Assembly: GCF_001194135.2 (NCBI RefSeq)
Contig: NC_068991.1
Location: 79,723,986 to 79,776,203 of the forward strand
Origin: Octopus bimaculoides
Lineage: Eukaryota
DNA length: 52,218 nucleotides
Direction of reading: 5' to 3'
Under the pieces are notes generated by a model. It was given only the letters and a program-made list of their open reading frames with translations. It ran no database searches and was not told the DNA's origin. How positions within the stretch are numbered: position 1 is the stretch's first letter; each line of letters opens with the position of its first letter. The position numbers were made by a program, and so were the translations under genes. Below, one piece after another: positions 23,671 through 34,342 of this stretch.

Positions 23671-25435
23671 NNNNNNNNNNNNNNNNNNNNNNNNNNNNNN
23701 NNNNNNNNNNNNNNNNNNNNNNNNNNNNNNNNNNNNNNNNNNNNNNNNNNNNNNNNNNNNNNNNNNNNNNNNNNNNNNNNNNNNNNNNNNNNNNNNNNNN
23801 NNNNNNNNNNNNNNNNNNNNNNNNNNNNNNNNNNNNNNNNNNNNNNNNNNNNNNNNNNNNNNNNNNNNNNNNNNNNNNNNNNNNNNNNNNNNNNNNNNNN
23901 NNNNNNNNNNNNNNNNNNNNNNNNNNNNNNNNNNNNNNNNNNNNNNNNATATATATACATTCAAAGAGAGAGCGGAAGAAGGAGGACGTACATAAATTGT
24001 TTGATTAATAGATAATTAGATATATATTGATATGGAATGAATGATTGTGCATCGTATAATGGAAAGTGTATTAGATCACCTGTAAGGTTTTGAAAATATA
24101 TTGAATCTTGATAATTTTCTCTGTTAATCGAGATGATTAAAGAGTTCTCTGTTAGCTCTTCGGCATTGTTAATATACTTAAATGAACGTAATCTACTTTG
24201 AATATAAATTTGCATCGTACTAAATGCAAACCTTTTCAAAGCCCAAACATCCTCGCGATGAAATTGTCCTAATGAATCTAATATACTCGTGTACATACCT
24301 ACGTAGGGACGCGCACCCCAAGCCACAATCGCGCGCACACATACACACATACATACACACACACACATCCAGACTGGTTTACGAATTTAGTCACCTGCAA
24401 TGTAGGAAACTTTATAATACATTCTCTTGCATTTCTGATAACCGCTGGGCTGAAAAATAACATGGCGACGCCTAACCCTTAACTGAAGGAATGCTAAATT
24501 AAGATAGCCATCTAGATGTCCTGTTTAATGTATATACACTATTGACATGCATTTTACAGCGGTCTTTGTCCGAGCTAGAACCTGTTTAGAATGTGCTATA
24601 TTTTGAAACAGAATAGTGGAACTCAGCCAGGAAGCAGGCTTGACAAAGTGGGTCAGCTTGCAGCAGTGGAACATCACTTGGTCAAATCTTTAGCGGGCTG
24701 ATATTGGCTGTCGGCTAGCTGCAGCCTGTGTGTGTATGTTCTTAGTCATTTAAGTATACTTAAAGAAACATCGACCTCATGTTTGTAGTTATACTTATAA
24801 CTTTTAAATGTCAGTAAGTGACGGCCAAAATTATATCACGAAACTTTGTTCTGCAAAATTAAAATCAAATAAATTGTAGCATAAAATACGTTATATGAGT
24901 TTTTAAAACTGATAGTTTTTGTTCCATATGCAAAAATTATTTCATCTGCCAATAAAACTCAATTTTATATCAAAATCTCAATTTATTTTTTCCCTGATTG
25001 CATCTACTTTTTTCTTTCTTAATTTCATAAATATACGTCCTGTATATGATAATGTTAAATTGAGAATGACTGTTGTACATTACAGATTAAGCAGATTATA
25101 AATGATATGCATTGGCATATAAATGCAACAGAAATCAATGAAGTATAACAAATTTAAATATCATCGAAGTTTTATCTATATTTGCAGAAGTAATAATTGA
25201 GATGTTCTCATGCACGTCCATTGATTGGAGAGTTCTTCAGGTTTGCCAACAATGTCATGAGTTCAGATATCAGTGTAGACAAACTCCTTTCCTTTCCTGT
25301 TCATAACATCTGTGACCTTGTTAAACATATTTTTGAGGGGTGCTGTTGTTTTATTGAATTATTTCTTATCGTAAATTGTAAATGATAGCGGTATGATTAA
25401 AAGATTGCAATGCATCAATCGTTGGGCCAAAAATT

Positions 25436-25565
25436 ACAGGTCATGCTGGGGCGTCGCTTAGAACAAATTTTAGTCGAACGAATTGAACCCAGTATTCTTT
25501 GTAAAAATAGTACTTATTTTATCGGTAGCTTTTGACGAAGTGATAGGTTACGGGGGCGCAAGCAG
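25436..25565 (-). mobile_element. SINE family A, 3' half only
   Basis: Reverse complement gives CCCCGTAACC...CAAAAG..ACCGATAAAATAAGTACT...CAAAGAATA...TTCGACTAAA...CCCCAGCATG, matching 6770-6880. Confidence 0.7.
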
Positions 25566-25605
25566 ACATACACACACACGCATGCACACATACACGCTCA
25601 CTCAC

Positions 25606-25647
<42 letters not shown>

Positions 25648-25770
25648 GCCNNNNNNNNNNNNNNNNNNNNNNNNNNNNNNNNNNNNNNNNNNNNNNNNNN
25701 NNNNNNNNNNNNNNNNNNNNNNNNNNNNNNNNNNNNNNNNNNNNNNNNNNNNNNNNNNNNNNNNNNNNNN

Positions 25771-25805
<35 letters not shown>

Positions 25806-25810
25806 GTTAG

Positions 25811-26010
25811 AGCAAGAGCAAAGCCTGAGTGGCATGCCACATTTTGAGATCTGTATGGTAGTCGGACTTTCGTTGAAATTCTGATGATCGTATCCTTGTT
25901 GCTGCAGTGCTCTTGTACGGGTCTAGACTTGGACACTGACCAAGAACCTCACTCAAATGGTGGATGGGTGCTATACGAGAATGTGGAGGATGGCATTGGT
26001 AACATGGAAA
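25811..26010 (+). mobile_element. RTE-clade LINE fragment (region after the RT core)
   Basis: VLLYGS-(E)TWTLTKNLTQMVDGCYTRMWRMAL.TWK with one frameshift, matching the RTE SVLLYGxETWTLT...LDGxYTRMLR motif. Confidence 0.75.
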
Positions 26011-26295
26011 ATAAACGGGAAGATTCTCTTTTACCATGACGTCGTATGAATTCGATACGTAACATAAAACAAATTATATTATAATTGTTCATGTGACAGT
26101 CTTTTAATAATAACAGTTGAGTATACTGTTATATGACTTTGTTAAATATGTTCCCCTGCAGCACCAAGTGGAAACCAAACTACAAAGAACTAAGTCTAAA
26201 CAAATAAAAACAAGTCATCCTTTACAATCTGAAGTATGAACGTCTAATATAGATGTGTGTGTGTGTGTGTGTGTGTGAATAGACAGACAGACAGG

Positions 26296-26364
<69 letters not shown>

Positions 26365-26761
26365 TTACATACATGAGTTTTTGTATCCTAAAAGAAAATA
26401 TGGGCTAAAAAGTAAATTTGAAACAGAGAAGCGAGTAGCTCTAACTAAACCATAAAAGACGGTAGACGCGCGGAAGCTCAAATTTGATTTGGAAAGAGTT
26501 ATACGAAAGAAATAAACAAATCATTAAACATTAATTTCCTGCGTGTAATGAGGCATGAACAAATAAATTGCTTGCTGACAAAATTCACTTAGTGACTGTT
26601 TAATATTACAAGCGATGTTCGTTCTGTACATAAGTACGAATGTTTACANNNNNNNNNNNNNNNNNNNNNNNNNNNNNNNNNNNNNNNNNNNNNNNNNNNN
26701 NNNNNNNNNNNNNNNNNNNNNNNNNNNNNNNNNNNNNNNNNNNNNNNNNNNNNNNNNNNNN

Positions 26762-26773
26762 CTCTTCCGATCT
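26762..26773 (+). other. Illumina adapter remnant (CTCTTCCGATCT) at a contig start
   Basis: Exact 12-nt 3' end of the Illumina adapter, starting at the first base after an N-gap and followed by (TACA)n. Confidence 0.75.
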
Positions 26774-26804
26774 ACATACATACATACATACAAACATACA
26801 TATA

Positions 26805-26840
<36 letters not shown>

Positions 26841-26974
26841 TACATACATACATACATACACAAACATACACGCACGCACACACATACGCACACAGATTGA
26901 TAGATATATAGATAGATAGATTGATAGCGAGAGGGAGAGAGAAAGAGAGAGATAAATACATACATTGATGCATA

Positions 26975-27715
26975 CAGCAAAAAGTGAAGGAGATAAAAGT
27001 GATGTTTGGAGAGAGCAAAAAGCGAACACTCAGTTGCAAACTGATTACCCGCAAACAGCAGCTAAAAGCTGTCAGTGAGAAACTCCCTCTTCAGAAGAGA
27101 ATAACCGAGAGAAGAACAAGAAAAAAAAAAATTAATCGGAACCAGGCAACAAAGTACAAAACATGAGATGAGAAGCCGTGAATATCATAGAAGCTGCCTT
27201 CACGAAGAATGGAGTAAGAAAGCACAGTATGGTGGAAACCATAGCCACTCATAATAAAAGTAGTGGAACGTCCCCGTGAAAACCTCCGTATTATGTAAAC
27301 ACAATTTACCTAGCGTAACGATTTCGGACAGAGAAGAGAAAATGGGAACAGCTGTGCAACTCAGCTGCCCAGTGGGTTTTAAAATAAAGCTAAAGGTCAA
27401 CGGGAAAGAAAATACTTACGATGGACCACTGAAAAATTTGTAGTTACTGTATTCAGATTACAAGTTCAGGTTTATACCTGTAATTATTGGGGCCCTGGGA
27501 TATGTAATACACTGCCTAAATACCAATCTTGAGAAATTAGGCTTCTTGAAACCAGAAAGGAGAAAGCTAAATTGAAGACTACAGATCCAATCCATCATTG
27601 GAACTGTAAAAATCTGTAAAACTTTCTAGAAGTTTATCATTTAAATATATATGAGCATGTCTAGATATACAACTATATGCATGAGAATACATACATAAAA
27701 TATACAAACCTGCTC
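26975..27715 (+). mobile_element. Decayed RLE-type (R4/Dong-related) LINE, internally deleted, third lineage
   Basis: Frame 27264-27644: WNVPVKTSVLCKHNLPSVTISDREEKMGTAVQLSCP...KENTY...L*LLYSDYKFRFIPVIIGALG...LQIQSIIGTVKICKTF*KFII*, a degenerate PD...E/DxxCP endonuclease C-terminus. Flanked by (TACA)n tracts. Confidence 0.72.
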
Positions 27716-28536
27716 ATACATACATACATACATACATACATACATACATACAAAAATACCCTGTTGTTGATGTTGCAATTCCAATGAAGAAGCCTTGAAT
27801 TTAGGTTAGAAACCGGCTCTTTCTGTATTGGCAAAAAATCTTGAAATAAAACTGGGTAATGACATACATATATACACACACATCACGGTCTAATTTAATA
27901 CTTACATAATCACGGAAGGTAACCAATTGAAAGAAATTGCAGATTAGAAGAGGTCTGCAGAGAATAGTGTTAAATTTATGTCAACAAGCTCGAAGTTCAA
28001 ATCCGTGTCGATAAATTATGAGGCCATATATTTCCACTTGGTGATCTCTATTAGAAAAATTGCCCTCGTACCAAGCGAAACTATTAATTATTAATCGTTA
28101 TTCTTAACTAGAAAAATTCGGTGAGCCAGCTCGTTATTGAAACGTGTGTGTATTAGAGTTCTAATAATTGCAGAATAAGCACTTTATTTCATTTTCTCTT
28201 GAACGGGGACACTTATATATAATAATTACATTATTCATATACTCCTAGATTTGCGTAATCTGGTTGCTATTATTAACTTTAGCGAGAAAAGCAATCTACC
28301 GTTCTCCTTGGTTAACTTTCACCAAGATACGACTAATGGCGCTACACGAATACAGGAACCTTATAATTTTGTCTTGACAAGAACGTTTCGTTTAGTTCTT
28401 GCTCTTCTCCTCTCCATGCTTATTAGTATGCTATCGCTCAAAATTATTCCAACTAATCCAAGGATCTCCAAGAACACATCAGTATACGTGTAACATCTAT
28501 ATTCTTAAACATTCACACATATGCACATGTAAGTAT

Positions 28537-28584
<48 letters not shown>

Positions 28585-29059
28585 ATATACAAACACATAC
28601 ATATAATGCAAGTTTACAGGAATATACTATCCGCGCGGATACCGTGGTAGCTCTCAGTTATGTTCCAGGTTATAGCTAACCACACGGATTAGTATTTAAA
28701 GTCTATAACTACTAAGAGTTCTCACTCAGGCTGTAAATGTCTCCAATGGGTAATTCCACCTTAGCGTCACTCGATGGTAATGTCATCTGGAGTGTGTATT
28801 AGTAATAATTGTAAGGATAAAGAATATGAAGACTGGTACGTCCTCACAATGCATTGCTTTTTATTTTACAATGTCATACAATGGATGCAACGACCTACTC
28901 ATGCTTCCACTACACAACGTATGGGCTGTTGCATATGTAACCGGGCATGATTTTCTGTGCAGCTTCAATCAAGGTATTTCAACCGGCTTGGTTCGAAATA
29001 AAAGGAAATAAATTTTGAGGAAGCGCCAGCCTCCATATCCTCCGTCGTTATAATTATTG

Positions 29060-29096
<37 letters not shown>

Positions 29097-29150
29097 NNNN
29101 NNNNNNNNNNNNNNNNNNNNNNNNNNNNNNNNNNNNNNNNNNNNNNNNNN

Positions 29151-29192
<42 letters not shown>

Positions 29193-29318
29193 AGAAACAA
29201 ACAAACAAACAAACAAAGTGAGAGAGAGAGAAAGGAAGTTATAGAGTAAAGGCTGTTACCAATTTCACGTGTCTGTTCTATGCTGAACAAGTGTTACTAT
29301 ATTTGAAACCCAGGAAAA

Positions 29319-29696
29319 CACCTTTTTCCGCCGGCGAACGACACACAACCTGTTTCTGTTTTATTGTGAGCAAGGGAACGCCTCACTTCCACTCCACTCC
29401 CGTCCTCACTACTGGATGTTTAGTATCGCTAACTATATGAATCTCTTTCAGATACTTAAAACCAGTAACTTTAGCTTGTTGTAAGATCAGCTACTTATGA
29501 CCAATTCTTTGTTTATATATTGCGAGCAACGACGAATAGCTGCCATTTCTAGCAGGCAAACATCCAGTGCTGAAGACGAGAAGGAACCCTGAAACCAGTC
29601 TACTGGTTTTGCTTTGCTGGAGTGGGAGTGGTTCGATCCCTTGCAAGCAATAAAACAGACACAGGTTGTGTGTCGTTAGCCAGCGGGGGAAAATGT
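29319..29696. repeat. Divergently oriented inverted repeat (29319-29421 minus, 29558-29696 plus), PLE terminal-repeat-like
   Basis: Arms align in reverse complement, for example 36/39 identity over CAATAAAACAGA.ACAGGTTGTGTGTCGTT.GCC.GCGG. Spacer is 136 bp. The left arm lacks about 35 bp present in the right arm. AATAAA present. Confidence 0.85.
29564..29606 (+). ncRNA. Minimal type I hammerhead-ribozyme-like motif (probably decayed)
   Basis: CCAGTG-CTGAAGA-C-GAG-AAGGAAC-CCT-GAAA-CCAG-TC-TACTGG. Stem I has 6 pairs including one G-U, both core boxes are present, and the GUC cleavage triplet is in place. Stem II and the loop III palindrome (CCGG) carry substitutions. Confidence 0.5.
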
Positions 29697-30060
29697 TAAA
29701 ATATAGTAAGTCTGAGAGTATATTACATCCACTAGACTTAATTGAAGTAAAAGAAAACATTACGAACATAGAAGTGTACAATTAAGGATCACTAATGCAA
29801 ATATAATTTATATAGAGCAACCACCCTCCACGATATAGAATATAGAACAAAGAATTAATTATTTCATACGTGAAGTTTTACATTCGAAGAATACTGATTA
29901 TTTGGGAAAAAATTCCTATGTTATAGGCAAACTACATATTGGACTATTGAGTATGTAATCTCCAACAACTTCAATCTCCGTCGTATTTACTTAAGTAACA
30001 ACCTTTTCTGAGGAAATGTTTGAATGACTATCACGCATACATACATATGTGTGTGAATGT

Positions 30061-30370
<310 letters not shown>

Positions 30371-30519
30371 TGAATTATTGGACGCTTTTCGGAAACTTGA
30401 TCGTATATACACAAGGAATGAATCTGTTTTAGTTTATATCAGGATACGTGTTTACTTAGGAAAACGCAATTACTAGAAATATCCAATATTATATAATATA
30501 TGTGTGTGTGTGTTTGTGT

Positions 30520-30559
<40 letters not shown>

Positions 30560-30850
30560 GTGTGTATGTATGTATATAAATATAACACTGTGACTTGACT
30601 GGAGTATTCTGGAAACGTCATTTTATAATTTTCATGGTATCCCTTCTCATGATAATATTCCCAGTGTAGGATTCATTCATGTGCACAAGTCGTTGATATT
30701 ACTGCAATGAGAAAGATAATTTTACTCAAGCATTCATTTTACAAAATCTACATAAACAAGTATGCTATCAAGAAGATATTTCTCTCCAGCTTGTTTAACC
30801 AAATGAAGATTTAAAATAAACATTGATTTTAAATATATTCACGTAAGTAG

Positions 30851-31088
30851 TATTAGGTTGTCAGATAAATTCATGGGTAGTTTTCTACTTTGCACTCCAT
30901 CATCATGTGTCTGAATAGAGATAAGATTTTTTTTAATTTCAAAAACGATAGACTAAAGTTTTAGAGGTAAAATTGAGCTATAAAATATCATGAAACGCAG
31001 CGATAAAAATATTTTCCGCGATAATCAAAAAGCCATGGAAAGGATTAAAGTAAATGGGGGAAAACAGAATTTATCTGACCACCCAATA
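30851..31088. mobile_element. Mariner-like MITE, 238 bp
   Basis: Termini TATTAGGTTGTCAGATAAATTC (30851-30872) and GAATTTATCTGACCACCCAATA (31067-31088) are reverse complements at 20/22, including terminal TA dinucleotides. TTAGGTTG is a typical mariner TIR start. Non-coding interior. Confidence 0.8.
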
Positions 31089-32488
31089 ATTTTTAAAGAT
31101 GCATGAAAATTCTTTCGAAAATATAGATTGCATCTGATACAGAAAACGATAATCAAAAAGGGAATACGCGTAAATTATGAATGAAAAATTCTTTATCGTC
31201 GGTGGATGCCCGTGATTTGAGAAGATCACGTCGTTTGATCTCCACTATATATCAATTTAATACACATATGAATACATGTAAAAAGATAATTTTACTATTG
31301 TGTTAAATGCAGGATGAATTCCGTCGTTAATTAACTTTTCGTGATGTATCTTTATTAAGTATGATACATAGTGGGCAATTTTGATCTAATATGGAGTCTG
31401 TTGCAAGTAAAGACATTTTATTTCAGCCTGGCACCTAGCTCCAGCATCTGTGACATTTCATTACCGTTTTCCTAGATCAGAGTCGATGGATTTTGTCTTA
31501 GCATATGTTTGACACTTGGTAAGTGTCAATGCTCCTGGGAGGAGAAATACATATCTAGCCTCATCACAACTACTACTGGCACAGTTTCCGCTGCTATGTG
31601 TTCATCCAGCTAATGCACCTCGCATGTCTTGTCTTTTTTGATTGAGTTCATCTTTATAAATATTTGGCATGTATGTGCACATGCATTCATTCATATGTGC
31701 GTGTGTGTGGTGTGTGTATGTTGGTTTGTGTATGTGTGTTGGTCTGTGCGTGTGTATATTAGTTTGTGTGTGTGTTTATATATATTTTTATACACATATA
31801 TGTATTTTACTTTAACAGAAAAATGGTGACTGACTTCGAAGGTCTATCCTATTATACAGACATATATGTGCGTGTATATATATATATATATTTATATATA
31901 TNNNNNNNNNNATATATATGTGAATGCACTATCTACCCATCAATACATACATACATTCAGACACATACACACACAGATGGTTGATAGGCTGATCTAGTGA
32001 TATTAATCACGTCGGTTAAATGTCACTAGTGGACGGGACAATACAATGACGTCACTGCTGACATTCCAAAACTATTTTCTCCATACTTCCCTCGTGCAAC
32101 GCTAGCAACAAATTGAATACAGAAGTAAACGTCTGCAGGCTACTTGATGTCTTTATCTTTGAGCTGGAAACAAAAACGGTTCTACTTACATAGTTTTATT
32201 GTTCTGGCGAAGAACTGTTCATGTTATAAATATCTGTTGAAGTATCGTTATCGTAATCTATTTCTAATGGATATTGACGCAAACCCAAGCAGTATGATTC
32301 CAGGAGATTTTGGTAGTTCTGTGTTGTAAAATGAAGAGGCAAAATGTGAATGGTGTCACTGAGCAGCTATAAGTGAAATAAACCGACAAATATGTCTAAT
32401 AGCAGCACGTTTATAATTATTTGCGATTCACAAATCACCAAGAATTATGCAAGGAAAGATAGGCGCTTGTTGTGTTACAACATGCCAT

Positions 32489-32610
32489 TGGATATTCCAT
32501 AAGCTTCGGCAATCCATGAGTCTGATATTAACACACCAAATGGATATTTCATGAGCTTAAACCATCCGCGTGTCTGATATTAATACATCACTTGAATATT
32601 CTATATCTAA
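32489..32610. repeat. Degenerate minisatellite, period 52 bp, about 2.3 copies
   Basis: TGGATATT at 32489 and 32541, TGAATATT at 32593. GTCTGATATTAA recurs at 52-bp spacing. Confidence 0.7.
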
Positions 32611-33449
32611 TATTCTTACAAGAGACTAGAAGGGTGAGAGTAGACGATGAGTTTGCGTGTGTGTCTTCATGCAGATGTGTTTGTGGGTGTGGATGTACAG
32701 CCTCATGATGCTTATATATGTGCTTGTGTTTTTATCAGTGAGTGTGTGTGCATTAGCCATCTGCGACCTCTTCAAGAGTTCGGTCTGTTCTAGGCCAGTT
32801 CGCTCTCAGACCTGCTGATATTTGCTTCTTATCTCGTAGAGATTTATAGGTGCAGTTTTCTTATGAGGGGAGGGTGAGAGGAGAAGATTGTAGGGGGTGG
32901 GGTATATGTGTGCTTATCACTCTGTGTACGCGTTCGCTCGCGAGTGTGTGGTCTAGTGAGCGTATTTCTATGGTTGAGTCGATTCTATGAGTGTGCATGC
33001 TTGTATGTATGTGAATGTGTTCGTGTGTGCTTCCGTGTGTGCGGTGTCATGGATAGTTTTGAACATTAAGCGTCTATGTGTATGCCTTTGTATGTGTGTT
33101 CTCCTCTGTGTGTGCGTGAGTATGTGTATATGTTCTTGTTTTTATGTGATTAAGCGTGCATGTGTGCGTGCGTGCGCTTCTATGGGTGCGCGTTTGTGCG
33201 TGGACGCGTATGTGTTTGTATTGAAATTGTACATATTCATATGTATGTATTTGTATGGATTTCCATGCATCCTGTTGTCATTCTAACCCTACCCCTAACA
33301 TATCTGTCTATACCAGCACGCACATCCAACCCACACGCGTTGTATTACTACTGCCTACTATGTATATATTCTAGTCCGTGTTGCTAGGGACTTATTTATG
33401 ATAACAGACTCGCGTATTTGTCGAAACTGCGGGTCTCTCGGATATTTAG

Positions 33450-33760
33450 ACAAGATATCATTGCTAATTCAGTTCGGCATGCCACCATGGCAAGTTGATA
33501 GACAATTGTTTCCTGCCATTAGACTTCCGCCAGTGTTTATTTAGCCTCTCCGCTAAACACCTAGAAGTCATCACAATGTATGTTGTATTCCAGTTCTTAC
33601 AATACACCTCCATGCACTCTATGTTGTAGACAACATGCCTGGTCATACAGTTAATAGTAGTGTTCAAAGAAATACAATACAGTTCCTATCAATACATTGG
33701 TGGGGGGGGGGGTAGCAAATTTGTCCTCTGGTGGTCCCACAAGACAATATCTTGCCTGTA
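33450..33760 (-). mobile_element. Penelope-like element fragment: Cys-rich linker plus GIY-YIG endonuclease
   Basis: NTTINCMTRHVVYNIEC...YIVMTSRCLAERLNKH matches the PLE (F)xCxxxNVVYxIxC...YIGxTxRxLxxRxxEH pattern. Sequence diverges from the adjacent large copy. Confidence 0.65.
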
Positions 33761-34036
33761 GTGTTTCAATGTAGTTTTGTGATAAGACTTTTGCATAATG
33801 AGTGACACTTAACTGGTGATTCCAATTTACATGGTTTTTATTATGAGGTATGACACAGGAGATATTTGAGAGGAGAATGTTGACAACACGAGATTTAGAA
33901 ATCTATATGCACACGATTCAGAGGATGAATATTAAAGTACTCTGAGGAATAATGTTGGTTATAGTTGACTCAATAAATACTAAAATAGTGATGTTTAATT
34001 CTGGGGTTTACATATATGAGTACATATATATATATA

Positions 34037-34290
34037 GTTGGAATTCATACAAAAACAAAAGACGATGCGGGTGTATGAGTTTGAAGGTCGGAAATATGAA
34101 AACGTATCTTGTGTTTTAAGCCTACGCTCTTCAGCAGAAAGGAACAAGAGAAAATAAACAGAGAGAATAAAAAAACAAAACCCGTAGATTTAGCGGTCAG
34201 GCATAGCGAATGATTGGTAAAACCGTTTGAAAGAAGACGTTGAAAGAAAGGGGGATAATACAGTGCTGGTGATCCCAAATGAAGGTGCGC

Positions 34291-34342
<52 letters not shown>

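Noticed and set aside
24457-24482. AACATGGCG (YY1-like) next to CCTAACCCT (telomere-like)
   Set aside because: Single short motifs expected by chance in 52 kb, with no CpG-island or tandem telomeric context.
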